NCBI GenBank assembly: GCA_964610995.1
Contig: CAZSWF010000001.1
Location: 2,813-66,812, forward strand
Direction: 5' to 3'
From: an uncultured Candidatus Saccharibacteria bacterium
GTDB taxonomy: Bacteria > Patescibacteriota > Minisyncoccia > Phycocordibacterales > UBA9973
DNA: 64,000 nt
The notes under the pieces were generated by a model. The model did not search any database. It was not told the origin of the DNA and was given only the letters and a program-made list of their open reading frames with translations. Both the position numbers and the translations under genes were made by a program. Shown here piece after piece: positions 32,544 through 43,471 of this stretch (positions are counted from its first letter, which is position 1; each line of letters starts with the position of its first letter).

Positions 32544-35500
32544 ATGAAAACACTCGATACAACAAATTTTGATTCTATTGTCCTCAAGCTCGCAAGCCCA
32601 GAACGCATCCGCGAATGGTCATTTGGTGAAGTCACCAAACCAGAGACGATCAACTACCGAACCTCACGTTCAGAACGCGGCGGTCTCTTTGACGAACGTA
32701 TCTTTGGTCCAGAAAAAGACTACGAATGTTACTGTGGTAAATACAAGCGTATCCGATACGCAGGTATTGTCTGTGAGAAGTGTGGCGTCGAAGTCACACA
32801 GTCTATCGTTCGTCGTGAACGTATGGGACACATCGAGCTCGCGTCTCCTGTTGCACACATTTGGTTCCTTCGTGGAGTACCATCACGTATGAGTATCTTG
32901 CTCAACGTATCACTCGCAGACCTCGAAAAGGTAGTCTACTTTGCAGGGTACATCATTACTACAGTACACGAAGACGAACGCTCACGTGTCGTCGCAGACT
33001 TGGAAGCAGAGTTCAAGAACAAACTCAAAAACGCTGCTGATGAAGAAACTCGTGAAAAACTTCGTACACTACTTGCCAACACAAAAAAAGAAATTGCAGA
33101 AATCCGTGTAGGTAAAGTACTCAACGAACTTTCATACCACCATTTCTCCCTTAAGTATGGTTCATCATTTGAAGCAAACATTGGTGCAGAAGCAGTGTTT
33201 CAACTGTTTCAGCAAATGGATCTTGAGAAGCTCAAGGCTCAGACCGAGAAATCTCTCGAAAAGACAAGTGCTGCAGAACGTGAGAAGTTGCAAAAGCGTC
33301 TTTCACTCTTGCGCTCTATGATCTACTCCAAGATTCGTCCTGAATGGATGTTTCTCTCGGTAATCCCCGTGATCCCTCCAGCGATCCGACCAATGGTTGC
33401 GCTCGAAGGTGGACGACATGCGACCTCTGACATCAACGACCTCTATCGTCGTGTGATCAACCGCAACAACCGTCTCAAGAAACTCAAAGAAATCGGCGCA
33501 CCAGATGTGATCTTGCGTAACGAAAAGCGTATCTTGCAAGAAGCAGTCGATGCACTCATCGACAACTCCATCGCAGGTCAAGATTCTCCTGCAATGTCAC
33601 AAGCACAGCGACGTGCATTGAAATCTTTGTCTGATAACTTGAAATCAAAGCAAGGGTTGTTCCGACAGAACCTTCTTGGTAAACGCGTGGACTACTCAGC
33701 TCGGTCAGTGATTGTCGTTGGACCACAGTTGCGTTTGAACCAGTGCGGGCTGCCGAAACATATGGCACTCGAACTCTTTCGACCATTTGTGATCTCCAAG
33801 ATCATCGCTCGAGAACTCGCGTACAACATCCGTGGTGCCAACAAACTCATCGAAGACGGTATTCCAGAAGTCTGGGCGATCCTCGAAGAGGTGATCCAGG
33901 GCAAGTACGTGCTACTCAACCGTGCACCGACACTGCACCGACTCGGTATTCAGGCGTTTATGCCAGTACTCATCGAAGGTAATGCGATCCAAGTGCACCC
34001 ACTCGTGTGTCCTGCGTTCAACGCTGACTTCGACGGTGACCAGATGGGTGTCTACTTGCCACTCTCTGACACATCGCAAGCAGAAGCCAAGAACCTCATT
34101 GCTGCTGACAAGAACCTGCTCAAGCCGCAAAACGGTGATCCGATCGTTTCTTCGAAACTTCTCGATATCGTGCTCGGCTGTTACTGGATGACGTCATCAG
34201 TTGATGGTCAGAAAGGGGAAGGTATGTATTTTGCAAGTCCTAATGAAGCAATTCTTGCAACTGATCACGACATCGTTTCGTACCGTGCCAAGATCAACGT
34301 ACTTGGTACTCGCAATGAAAAATACGAAGTATTTGGTGGCAAGCCATTTGAAACTACGGTCGGACGACTCCTCTTCAACGCTATCTTGCCTGCAGACTTC
34401 CCATACATGAACGAAGAAATGACCTCAAAGAAAATGGTCATCATTGTCGACAACCTCATTTCCAAGTATGGTGTTGATCCGATCGCTGCTATCCTCGACC
34501 GCATCAAGACATTTGGCTACAAGTATGCAACAAAAAGTGGTGTTACCTGGGGTATCGACAACGTGATCGTTCCTTCAGAGAAACCGGCTATCATTGCCAA
34601 GCACCGCGCAATGGAAGAAGAAGTAAAAGCGCAGTTCGAAGAAGGCTTGCTCTCAGAAGAAGAACGATACCAAAACGTGCTCACTATCTGGAACAAAGCC
34701 AAGGCTGAAATCGAAAAAGTATTACCCAACACGATCACCAAGCACTCATCAGTCTATGACATGATTACCTCTGGTGCTCGAGGTACGGTATCCAACGTAA
34801 CACAGATGGCGGGTATGAAGGGTCTGATTCAGAACACCACTGGTCGCACGATCGACTTCCCGATCATTCCATCATACAAAGAAGGTCTCTCTCCACTTGA
34901 GTACTTCATTACTACACACGGTTCTCGTAAAGGTCTCGCTGACACCGCGCTCAACACCGCTCGTGCCGGATATCTCACTCGTCGTCTCGTCGACGTCGCC
35001 CAAGATGTGATCATCACTGAGGATGACTGTGGTACCAAGGGCTCAAAGCGTGTGACCAAAGAAGTCATCTCAGGATTTGAGATTCCATTGTCCAAGAACA
35101 TTCGTGGTCGTGTACTTGCCAAAGAAATACTGCTCCCAGATGGATCTACAATGTTTAAGCGTGGACACCTCATTAGTCGTGACGAAGCACTCGAAGTAGA
35201 AGCACGTGGTGCAACCGAAGTATTTATCCGAACACCAATGATTTGTAAAACGGTGTATGGTATTTGCCGACAGTGTTATGGTCTTGACCTCGGACGAAAC
35301 GACTTGGTAGAAAAGGGTGCATCAGTTGGTATTGTCGCAGCACAAGCGATTGGTGAACCAGGAACACAGCTGACACTTCGTACCTTCCACGCCGGAGGTG
35401 TGGCAGGTGTCGACATTACTCAGGGTCTCCCTCGTGTCGAAGAAATCTTTGAACGACGCGATGTGAAAAATCCTGCAGTTGTTGCCAAGTATTCAGGTAT

Positions 35501-36167
35501 GATCAGTGAGATCAAGGAAAATGGTGCAGAAAAGATCATCTCAGTTATGTCTGAGAAATCTGAAACATCCAAAGAAAGTGTGGACTACACGATCAACCCT
35601 CGTCGTATGCCGATCGTAAAGGTAGGCCAAGAAGTACAAAAGGGTGATCTGCTTACTGACGGTTCTGCCAACATCGACGAAGTCTATCAATACGGTGGCA
35701 AAGAGGCTGCCGAAGACTACATCATTCGCGAAATCAGTAAGGTGTACGAACTCCAAGGCGCATCGATTGCACGCAAGCACCTCGAGATCATCATTCGTCA
35801 AATGTTCTCACGTCGCAAGATCAAAGAGGCAGGGGACACATCATTCTCTCCAGGCGAAATCGTAGAAATGACTGAGCTCCTCGAAGAAAATGGATCAATG
35901 AAAGTACAAGGACTTCGTGAGTCAAAAGCCGATCTCATTATCCTTGGTATCACCCAGACAGCACTCCATGCAAAAAGCTGGATCTCTGCTGCATCGTTCC
36001 AAAATACCAACCGAGTCCTCATTCAAAATGCGGTCAAGGGTGGTGTCGACAACCTCCGAGGTCTCAAAGAAAACGTCACGGTCGGACGATTGATCCCTGC
36101 TGGTACTGGATTCAAGGACCGCAAGGCACTCTCTGTCAACAAAGACGAAAACCGAGAACAAGAATAA
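32544..36167 (+). CDS. rpoC: DNA-directed RNA polymerase subunit beta'
   Basis: Zn-binding [28 protein letters not shown] catalytic loop, 1207 aa. Confidence 0.97.
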   Translation: MKTLDTTNFDSIVLKLASPERIREWSFGEVTKPETINYRTSRSERGGLFDERIFGPEKDYECYCGKYKRIRYAGIVCEKCGVEVTQSIVRRERMGHIELASPVAHIWFLRGVPSRMSILLNVSLADLEKVVYFAGYIITTVHEDERSRVVADLEAEFKNKLKNAADEETREKLRTLLANTKKEIAEIRVGKVLNELSYHHFSLKYGSSFEANIGAEAVFQLFQQMDLEKLKAQTEKSLEKTSAAEREKLQKRLSLLRSMIYSKIRPEWMFLSVIPVIPPAIRPMVALEGGRHATSDINDLYRRVINRNNRLKKLKEIGAPDVILRNEKRILQEAVDALIDNSIAGQDSPAMSQAQRRALKSLSDNLKSKQGLFRQNLLGKRVDYSARSVIVVGPQLRLNQCGLPKHMALELFRPFVISKIIARELAYNIRGANKLIEDGIPEVWAILEEVIQGKYVLLNRAPTLHRLGIQAFMPVLIEGNAIQVHPLVCPAFNADFDGDQMGVYLPLSDTSQAEAKNLIAADKNLLKPQNGDPIVSSKLLDIVLGCYWMTSSVDGQKGEGMYFASPNEAILATDHDIVSYRAKINVLGTRNEKYEVFGGKPFETTVGRLLFNAILPADFPYMNEEMTSKKMVIIVDNLISKYGVDPIAAILDRIKTFGYKYATKSGVTWGIDNVIVPSEKPAIIAKHRAMEEEVKAQFEEGLLSEEERYQNVLTIWNKAKAEIEKVLPNTITKHSSVYDMITSGARGTVSNVTQMAGMKGLIQNTTGRTIDFPIIPSYKEGLSPLEYFITTHGSRKGLADTALNTARAGYLTRRLVDVAQDVIITEDDCGTKGSKRVTKEVISGFEIPLSKNIRGRVLAKEILLPDGSTMFKRGHLISRDEALEVEARGATEVFIRTPMICKTVYGICRQCYGLDLGRNDLVEKGASVGIVAAQAIGEPGTQLTLRTFHAGGVAGVDITQGLPRVEEIFERRDVKNPAVVAKYSGMISEIKENGAEKIISVMSEKSETSKESVDYTINPRRMPIVKVGQEVQKGDLLTDGSANIDEVYQYGGKEAAEDYIIREISKVYELQGASIARKHLEIIIRQMFSRRKIKEAGDTSFSPGEIVEMTELLEENGSMKVQGLRESKADLIILGITQTALHAKSWISAASFQNTNRVLIQNAVKGGVDNLRGLKENVTVGRLIPAGTGFKDRKALSVNKDENREQE

Positions 36168-36168
36168 T

Positions 36169-37875
36169 ATGCAGACGGTCTTTGACGAAATCAAGGATCG
36201 TTTGCCTATTACTGACGTGCTCGCAAGCTACATCGCACTCATTCCGTCAGGCACCCAGTACAAGGCAAAATGTCCATTTCATTCTGAGCGTTCAGCGTCC
36301 TTTTCGGTGTCGCCCGATCGTGGACTGTACTACTGTTTTGGGTGTGGAGCCAAGGGCGATATCTTTACCTTTGTTGAGCAATTTGAAGGACTTGATAAAA
36401 AAGGTGCGCTCAAGGTGCTCGCAGACCGCGCAGGAGTGCAGCTGACGCGCACGTTTGTTGAGCGCGCGAGTACTGATCCACTCTACGACGTTCTCGAACG
36501 CACCACGACTCGCTATCAGCACGAGCTCGCCCGCAACAGTGCCGCACGTGAGTATTTGACTGCGCGCGGCCTCACGCAGACTACGATCGATACATTTCGT
36601 ATTGGCTACGCACCAGATGAGTGGCGGTATATTGCCAACACTGCGACCGACCAAGCGCAAGCAGCAGTTGCAGAGCGCGCAGGACTTATCAAGAACACAC
36701 CCAAGGGGTACTACGATCGTTTCCGTAAACGGATCATGTTTCCACTGACAGATGCGAGTGGTCGTGTCGTTGGCTTTTCGGGCAGATTATATCCAGCCGA
36801 TACAGAAAGTGATTCTCAGAGCCCCAAGTATCTCAACTCTCCAGAAACAGAACTCTTTCAAAAGTCGCGTATTCTCTTTGGTTTTGACAAGGCCAAGTCT
36901 GCTATTCGACAGCACAACTTCGCAATCCTTGTCGAAGGACAGATGGACTGCGTACTCGGACATCAGGCAGGATTTCGCAACACAGTGGCCACTAGTGGCA
37001 CCGCAGTTTCTGATGCAGCAGCTGCTGATCCGACTGCCAACTTGGTCGTGCTATCACGACTCACCCCCAATGTCTTTCTTGCATTTGACGGAGATGTTGC
37101 TGGGCAAAAAGCGCTCGATCACGCAGCTATTGTGGCACTGGGCTTGGGCATGAACCCACGCGTCGTGCCGCTGCCTGTAGGGGTAGATCCTGCAGACTAT
37201 ATCCACGAGCATGGCGCAGCTGGATGGAAAGCACTCTTGAAAGAAAGTCAGCATTTTATTATGCACCAGTTACGATCGATCACACGACACAACGTTTCTC
37301 CGCACACACTAGTCCAAACGCTCAAGGAGCGATTGTTCCCATTCCTTATCAAGGTTTCATCTCCAGTTGAGCAGGGGAGTTATATTGAAGCCATTGCCAA
37401 AGAACTTGATATATCCAAGTCAGATATTGCTCGTGAGCTTATGCTCTTTGCTGCATCAAAACCTCAAACAGAACAGGTGGTAGTCGATACTATTGCCCGC
37501 GAAACGATCACACTTCCTGAGCGTTTCCTTGCACTCTCGATCAAATATCCGACACCTGTCGCCGTAGAAGCTCGCAAGTCACTCGAAGCAGTATCGTTTG
37601 AAGGAGAGCAATTTACGTTTCCTGTGGTTGATGCAGATCGTATGAGTGAGCTTGAGGTTCTCGTCGAGCGCGACTATGGCACATTGCCAACCGCCGAGCG
37701 CGACATGCTTGTGCAAGAACTCGCTGAAAAATTACGTACAATGTTTGAGTCGACATTGCGCCGTACCTTGAGCAAGAAACTTGAACAAGCAGAGCGTGAT
37801 GGTAACGAAGAAGAGATCCGTACACTGATGACCACACTACACACACTCAACCAACGCCGGCATGGTTCACCATAA
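36169..37875 (+). CDS. dnaG: DNA primase
   Basis: CHC2 zinc finger CPFHSERSASFSV...YYCFGCGAKGD, TOPRIM (EGQMDCV...FDGDVAG). Confidence 0.9.
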   Translation: MQTVFDEIKDRLPITDVLASYIALIPSGTQYKAKCPFHSERSASFSVSPDRGLYYCFGCGAKGDIFTFVEQFEGLDKKGALKVLADRAGVQLTRTFVERASTDPLYDVLERTTTRYQHELARNSAAREYLTARGLTQTTIDTFRIGYAPDEWRYIANTATDQAQAAVAERAGLIKNTPKGYYDRFRKRIMFPLTDASGRVVGFSGRLYPADTESDSQSPKYLNSPETELFQKSRILFGFDKAKSAIRQHNFAILVEGQMDCVLGHQAGFRNTVATSGTAVSDAAAADPTANLVVLSRLTPNVFLAFDGDVAGQKALDHAAIVALGLGMNPRVVPLPVGVDPADYIHEHGAAGWKALLKESQHFIMHQLRSITRHNVSPHTLVQTLKERLFPFLIKVSSPVEQGSYIEAIAKELDISKSDIARELMLFAASKPQTEQVVVDTIARETITLPERFLALSIKYPTPVAVEARKSLEAVSFEGEQFTFPVVDADRMSELEVLVERDYGTLPTAERDMLVQELAEKLRTMFESTLRRTLSKKLEQAERDGNEEEIRTLMTTLHTLNQRRHGSP

Positions 37876-37928
37876 CGGATTGACTTTAGATTTATTTTTA
37901 GTAATGTACATAAGTTAGTAGTTCTCAT

Positions 37929-39248
37929 ATGCCGACCAAGAAAAAAAACGTAAAGAAACGCGTTACAAAATCTAATAGTTCAAAAAAACCGACTCCCAAG
38001 AGTCGCCCTACGGCCAAAAAGCCAGCCAAGAAATCCGCGCCACAAAAAGCAAAGAAATCAGCAGTATCAAAAGCAAAAAAAGTAGTAAAAAAAGTAGCAG
38101 CAAAGCCCAAGCACAAACCTCGCCCGATCACTATTCGACACGAAGGCCAAGGTACTCGTCGTGAAGTAAACATCGAAAAAAAGCTTCGTGAGCTCGAAGT
38201 AAAAGCACAAGAGCTCATCGACAAGGGCAAGAAGCGTGGTTTCATCACGTATGACGAGATTCTCAAGATGTTTCCTGATATTGAAAACAATATCATGTTT
38301 CTCGATGAACTCTATGAGAAGTTTGGAACTGCAGGCATCGACGTACTCGAAGGTGGAAATTTGCTCGACATTGATAACACCGAAGATCTCACCAAGTACG
38401 TCAAAGAAAGCCACAGCTTTTCTTCAGTACAAATGTACCTCAAGGATATCGGTCAGTACCCACTGATCGCTGCAGCCCAAGAGCGTGAGCTCGCCAAACG
38501 TATCGAAGCAGGAGATGACGAAGCAAAGAACTTGCTCGCACGATCAAACCTTCGCCTCGTTGTATCTATCGCAAAGAAATACGCAAATCGTACTGCAGAC
38601 CTCACATTGCTCGACTTGATCCAAGAAGGCAATATCGGACTCTTTAAGGCAGTAGAGAAGTTTGACTACACCAAAGGATTTAAGTTCTCAACCTATGCCA
38701 CATGGTGGATCCGTCAGTCGATCACCCGTGCGCTTGCTGATCAGAGTCGCACGATCCGTATTCCGGTACACATGGTAGAAACGATCAGTAAATACAAACA
38801 GGTACTTCGTCGTCTTGCACAAGACCTTGGTCGTGATCCTATGCCCGAAGAAGTCGCCAACGAAATGGGTATCGAAGTCGAAAAGGTGCACGTGATCGAG
38901 CAAATCAACCAAGAAACTCGCTCACTCGAGCAACCGATCGGAGACGATGAAGACAAGTCTACGTTTGGAGAGTTCATCCCCGACGACAAGATCTTGCGTC
39001 CTGACCAAGAAGCATCTCGCCGCATGCTTACTGATGCGATTCGTTCAGTGCTCGAAGAAATCTCTCCCAAAGAGAAACGAATTCTCGAGATGCGCTACGG
39101 ACTCATCGATGGTGTGCAGCACACACTCGAGGAAGTAGGGAAGGAGTTTGGGGTTACTCGTGAACGTATTCGACAAATCGAAGCAAAAGTCCACGAAAAG
39201 CTCCGCCAAAACGACCGTATCCAGCGACTGCGAAACTATTTTGACTAG
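37929..39248 (+). CDS. rpoD: RNA polymerase sigma factor RpoD (sigma-70) with Lys-rich N-terminal tail
   Basis: Region 2 ([40 protein letters not shown]), regions 3 and 4; N-terminal KKxxKK repeats. Confidence 0.92.
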   Translation: MPTKKKNVKKRVTKSNSSKKPTPKSRPTAKKPAKKSAPQKAKKSAVSKAKKVVKKVAAKPKHKPRPITIRHEGQGTRREVNIEKKLRELEVKAQELIDKGKKRGFITYDEILKMFPDIENNIMFLDELYEKFGTAGIDVLEGGNLLDIDNTEDLTKYVKESHSFSSVQMYLKDIGQYPLIAAAQERELAKRIEAGDDEAKNLLARSNLRLVVSIAKKYANRTADLTLLDLIQEGNIGLFKAVEKFDYTKGFKFSTYATWWIRQSITRALADQSRTIRIPVHMVETISKYKQVLRRLAQDLGRDPMPEEVANEMGIEVEKVHVIEQINQETRSLEQPIGDDEDKSTFGEFIPDDKILRPDQEASRRMLTDAIRSVLEEISPKEKRILEMRYGLIDGVQHTLEEVGKEFGVTRERIRQIEAKVHEKLRQNDRIQRLRNYFD

Positions 39249-39347
39249 ATAATCTATATAGAAATCCATAAAAAGCCTTTAGAAATAAGGGCTTTTTATA
39301 TTTGACATAAATCAAAAATATGATAATATGAGAAAAATTAAAAAACT

Positions 39348-39782
39348 ATGGAAAAAAATATTCAGTTTGAGTATGTGCAGGCATTAGCCCTTTTGCGTAA
39401 AGCAAAATCAAAAGAAAGTGCGCCATGGAGATTGGCAATTAATACCTTTGAAGATCTAAGTGATGACTGTATCGAATTATATTCTTATTTTGAATTAGGT
39501 CATGTACCATTTTTTATGACAGCTCACTGTTATCACGCAAAAAGCTTAGTTCCCGCGGTAACTTTTTCGATGGGTCCAAACGGGTATCAAATTGAGTACG
39601 GATGTTTTCGAAATGCAGGGCACGAAAGAATGGAGGCATTTTCTTTTCTTAAACATTGTACTTTTTATAAAGATAGTACTTTTGGTCAAAGAAAAAGTGA
39701 GGATATGAATGACATTTTAATTGAATTTTTACACGCCTCGCTATTGCTTTTTAGCAAAAAGCCAAAGTTTGTTATTAAATAA
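39348..39782 (+). CDS. Orphan hypothetical protein in AT-rich island
   Basis: 144 aa, Cys/His/aromatic-rich, no recognised domain; flanked by hairpins; much lower G+C than flanks. Confidence 0.45.
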   Translation: MEKNIQFEYVQALALLRKAKSKESAPWRLAINTFEDLSDDCIELYSYFELGHVPFFMTAHCYHAKSLVPAVTFSMGPNGYQIEYGCFRNAGHERMEAFSFLKHCTFYKDSTFGQRKSEDMNDILIEFLHASLLLFSKKPKFVIK

Positions 39783-39788
39783 ATAACA

Positions 39789-39818
39789 AAAGCCCCGTCA
39801 TGGACGGGGCTTTTTTAT
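39789..39818. terminator. Bidirectional rho-independent terminator (AAAGCCCCGTC-atg-GACGGGGCTTTTTT)
   Basis: 8-bp perfect GC stem, A-tract upstream and T-tract downstream, between convergent genes. Confidence 0.7.
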
Positions 39819-39837
39819 TTCCAATTTTTAGGAATTA

Positions 39838-40608
39838 TTATTTCAATAACGCATCAATCTTTGCTTTCACATCAGCGATCGGATACGCACCAGGGACGGT
39901 GTCGTATTTGCCAGTGCGGAGGTTCACAATGATAGAGAACGGGGTACCTTGTGCACCGATAGACTGCGCTTCAGCTGTATCGCGTGCTACACGGTCTGAT
40001 GCATTTGTACCCTTTAGACATGCCGCAAATAGTTTCTCGTCGACACCTACTGCTTTAGCATATGAGGTGAGAGCCGCGGTACTCGCACTACCTGGGTCGA
40101 GTGTGACTGCGATGATTTTGTCGAGGTATGCGTTGAACGCATCGTTGCCACCGAGAGATGCGACACACTCTGATGCGACTGCTTCAGCAGTAGCATTGGG
40201 GTGCAAGGACGCAAGTGGGAAGTGTCGGTATACCCATGCGACCGAGCCGTTGTAGTCAGTTACGACTTGTTGCATAGTGGTATGAAATCGTGAACAAAAC
40301 GGGCAATCTGAGTCTGAGTACTCGATCACTACTACTTTTGCAGTTTCGAGTGAGCCTCGTACGCGGTCATCACTTTTCACAGACAGTATGTCTTTGGAAA
40401 TACTGGTCGCTCCTGCTGGTCCACCAGCAGGTGGCTGCTGAGGATTACCACCACGTGGTGCAAAGACGACGATGAGCGCTATTGCAATGATTGCTGCTGC
40501 GGTAATAATCGCTGCGGGCAGGCTAAGTGCTGCTTTTTTGTGTTCAGGTACTAGTTCAGGGGTTGGTTGGTTTGTTGTTTCTGTTTGCATGACAGTAGTA
40601 TACCCCAT
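39838..40608 (-). CDS. DsbA-like thiol:disulfide oxidoreductase (thioredoxin fold), membrane anchored
   Basis: CPFC active site (DSDCPFCSRFH), N-terminal TM, Gly/Pro-rich linker. Confidence 0.75.
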   Translation of the reverse strand: MGYTTVMQTETTNQPTPELVPEHKKAALSLPAAIITAAAIIAIALIVVFAPRGGNPQQPPAGGPAGATSISKDILSVKSDDRVRGSLETAKVVVIEYSDSDCPFCSRFHTTMQQVVTDYNGSVAWVYRHFPLASLHPNATAEAVASECVASLGGNDAFNAYLDKIIAVTLDPGSASTAALTSYAKAVGVDEKLFAACLKGTNASDRVARDTAEAQSIGAQGTPFSIIVNLRTGKYDTVPGAYPIADVKAKIDALLK

Positions 40609-40655
40609 AGATGCGCTGATTGAAAAAAAGGGGGTAAAATGCTAGTATAGTACCC

Positions 40656-41894
40656 ATGAACATCGCTGAAGTGGCGACCTACGCCATCACTTTTTTGGCC
40701 CTCTACGTCCAGATCTTTCTCTTTGTGACCTACCTTGAGCGCAGGAAAACCCTTGCCAAAGAAACCGCACAAGCTATCGTCCTCGATCATTTCCCGAGCA
40801 TTGCGATCGTTGTACCATGCTGGAACGAAGGCACCACAGTCCATGCCACTATTGAGTCACTCCTTGCGCTTGACTATCCTAAAGATAAACTACAAGTGAT
40901 CGCGGTCGATGACGGCTCGACCGACACTACCTGGGACGAAATATTGAAATACAAAGACCACCCGCAAGTGCAAATATTGCAGAAAGAAAATGGCGGCAAG
41001 CACACTGCAGTAAACTACGGTATTGAACACACCACCACCGACTTTGTGAGCTGCCTCGACGCAGATTCATTTGTTGCTCCAGATGCACTCAAGCGCATCA
41101 TGTACATGTTCCAGACACAGCCGGACTGCATGGCAATGGCTCCATCTATCATTATTTTTAAACCCAAGACCTTTATCCAAAAGGTGCAACGAGTCGAATA
41201 CAACATGGGTATCTATGTGAAAAAGATGCTCGCATATCTCGGCGCTATCCATGTCACTCCAGGACCGTTCTCGGTGTTTCGACGAGAAGTCTTTGACAAG
41301 TTGGGCGGTTTTCGCAAGGCGCACAACACCGAAGACATGGAAATAGCGTACCGTATGCAAGAAGCGCATATGCGCATCGGGCACTGCCACACCGCGCACA
41401 TTTTCACTGTGGCGCCATCAACCATCCCCAAGCTCTTTAAACAGCGCGTGCGGTGGATTTATGGATTTATTCAAAACACGAGCGACTATCGTCGACTTAT
41501 TTTTAGGAAATCATACGGCAACTTTTCATTTTTTACTCTGCCGTCTGGTATTGTTTCGATCACCGCGACAGTCTATATCTTTTTCACTATTCTCTACAAC
41601 TCACTTGTGTGGGTGGTAGAAAAGATAGCACAGTGGCGCACTGTTGGACTTCAGGGCAACCTTGGGATCAACCTCAACTGGTTTTATATCAACACGCAAA
41701 CCATTCTATTTATTACTGTGGCACTCTATGCAATCATCGCATTTGTTACATATATCGGTAGTCGTATGGCACATCAGCGACTCAACCCTTTTTACTTGCT
41801 GTGGTATATACTGACATATAGCGTGATTGCACCGTTTTGGCTCATGAAGGCGGTGTGGAGCTCAGTCATCCGACACAAGCCGAGCTGGCGATAA
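40656..41894 (+). CDS. Processive family-2 glycosyltransferase (PgaC/HasA/cellulose-synthase-like), integral membrane
   Basis: DDGSTD, DADS (CLDADS), Q(R)xRW (QRVRWIYG) motifs, flanking TM helices. Confidence 0.85.
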   Translation: MNIAEVATYAITFLALYVQIFLFVTYLERRKTLAKETAQAIVLDHFPSIAIVVPCWNEGTTVHATIESLLALDYPKDKLQVIAVDDGSTDTTWDEILKYKDHPQVQILQKENGGKHTAVNYGIEHTTTDFVSCLDADSFVAPDALKRIMYMFQTQPDCMAMAPSIIIFKPKTFIQKVQRVEYNMGIYVKKMLAYLGAIHVTPGPFSVFRREVFDKLGGFRKAHNTEDMEIAYRMQEAHMRIGHCHTAHIFTVAPSTIPKLFKQRVRWIYGFIQNTSDYRRLIFRKSYGNFSFFTLPSGIVSITATVYIFFTILYNSLVWVVEKIAQWRTVGLQGNLGINLNWFYINTQTILFITVALYAIIAFVTYIGSRMAHQRLNPFYLLWYILTYSVIAPFWLMKAVWSSVIRHKPSWR

Positions 41895-41898
41895 CTAT

Positions 41899-42528
41899 AT
41901 GAAAAAACACATTCCTAAATATATCCTCGTTTTTTTGGTAACATTTGCAGTGTTTGCGATTGCATGGGTTCTGAGTTCACAGATCAACGAACGCAAGTTT
42001 GCCAACCTCAAGGCAGAACAAGATCAGGTCTCTATTGGTATTTTGTCATCTGAAACAGAGTTTGACCTACTCAAAGAGGGCACGTGTGATGCCAATGCTG
42101 GGTCGGTGTTTGCGGAGAGTCTGGCATCTCTGGCAAACAAAATAGCGTATAGTGAGCAAAATGTAGCTACGCCCCAAGAAATCGCAGCTCTCAAAAAACA
42201 GTACACACTACTTGAAGTCCGCGATTTCTTGCTCGCCAAGCGTGCCGCTGAGCGATGCAAGCAGCCGTTTACGAGTATTCTGTACTTTTATGGTACATCT
42301 GAGGGTTGTCCTGAGTGTGTGAAGCAGGGGTATGTACTTGATGCGCTTCGTCAGACCGATCCCAAGATACGAATTTATGCATTTGACTACAACCTCGATC
42401 TTTCAACGATCAAAGCGTTGGTCTCTATTTATAAGATAAGCGACGCATTACCTGCACTTGTGATCAATGGTGTCACGTACCAAGGGTTCCAGTCGCTCGC
42501 GGACCTCAAGGTACTCGTTTCCAGATAA
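41899..42528 (+). CDS. Membrane-anchored hypothetical protein with CxxC (CPEC), possible thioredoxin-like
   Basis: N-terminal TM; EGCPECVKQG motif; immediately downstream of GT2 gene. Confidence 0.45.
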   Translation: MKKHIPKYILVFLVTFAVFAIAWVLSSQINERKFANLKAEQDQVSIGILSSETEFDLLKEGTCDANAGSVFAESLASLANKIAYSEQNVATPQEIAALKKQYTLLEVRDFLLAKRAAERCKQPFTSILYFYGTSEGCPECVKQGYVLDALRQTDPKIRIYAFDYNLDLSTIKALVSIYKISDALPALVINGVTYQGFQSLADLKVLVSR

Positions 42529-42553
42529 TCGACTCGTTGCTATACTACTGTCT

Positions 42554-43057
42554 ATGAATACCAAATTGTGGGGAGGAATCATTGTGACGATAGTAACCAT
42601 AATAGCGATTACGGTAGCGCACCAGCAGCAACCTGTAGTGCCACCAGTATCTACCTCAGAGGTGGAGATTACCCCTGCTACTCCTACTACTCCCAAACTG
42701 CCTGCAGATAGCACGCCGCGAGATCCTCAGCGACTTCAAGGCAAGACGTGGGTTTGGTATAAAACAATTTTTGCTGGAGTGACTACTACTCCGCAGAAGC
42801 CAGGAGTGTTCACGCTCGTGTTTGGTGCAGATGGGCAAGTCACGGGTACGACTGACTGCAATGGATTTGGGGGAGAGTATGTAGTCGGCAGTGATGGCGT
42901 GCTCACGTTTGAGCCATTTTTCACTACCCTCATGTATTGCGAAGACTCCCAAGAAGGCGCATACAACACCGTACTCGCGCAAACTACCTCGTACGAGATC
43001 GATAGTACCGGTATGCTTGTACTCTCTGGTAGTGCAGGTGCAGTGTATTTCAAATAA
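42554..43057 (+). CDS. META/HslJ-like domain protein (DUF306-like), membrane anchored
   Basis: GKTWVW...FGADGQVTGTTDCNGFGGEY...MLVLSG pattern typical of the META domain. Confidence 0.55.
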   Translation: MNTKLWGGIIVTIVTIIAITVAHQQQPVVPPVSTSEVEITPATPTTPKLPADSTPRDPQRLQGKTWVWYKTIFAGVTTTPQKPGVFTLVFGADGQVTGTTDCNGFGGEYVVGSDGVLTFEPFFTTLMYCEDSQEGAYNTVLAQTTSYEIDSTGMLVLSGSAGAVYFK

Positions 43058-43168
43058 TATACTCATTCCATATCTCAACCGAGTATGGTATAATGCTGGG
43101 GACGGCGGGGGATACCCCCACAACGCCTCATGTTTTAGTAGTAATTCGACATTAATTTAAAATCTATT

Positions 43169-43423
43169 ATGCCAAAAGAAAATTCAGCGTTCATGAAGCC
43201 TATGAACCTCAGTGCGGAGCTCGAAGCTGTTGTTGGAAAAGGTCCAATGCCTCGCAGTGAAGTAGTCAAAGCGCTCTGGGTGTACATCAAAAAGCATGAC
43301 CTCCAAGACCCTGCCAACAAGCGCAACATCAACGCAGATGACAAGCTCAAGGTTGTCTTTGGTGGCAAAGCAACAGTGAACATGTTCGAAATGACCAAAC
43401 TCGTTAGTAAACATCTCTCATAG
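43169..43423 (+). CDS. SWIB/MDM2 domain protein
   Basis: LSAELEAVVGKGPMPRSEVVKALWVYIKKHDLQDPANKRNINADDKLKVVFG matches the SWIB domain. Confidence 0.75.
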   Translation: MPKENSAFMKPMNLSAELEAVVGKGPMPRSEVVKALWVYIKKHDLQDPANKRNINADDKLKVVFGGKATVNMFEMTKLVSKHLS

Positions 43424-43471
43424 CTTTGTTTTAATAAAAAACTCTCGCAACCATGCGGGGGTTTTTTATTT

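Noticed and set aside
43436-43470. Possible terminator after the SWIB gene (aaaaaactctcgcaaccatgcgggggttttttatttttg)
   Set aside because: T-tract present but I could not find a convincing stem; at most a weak A/T-clamped hairpin.
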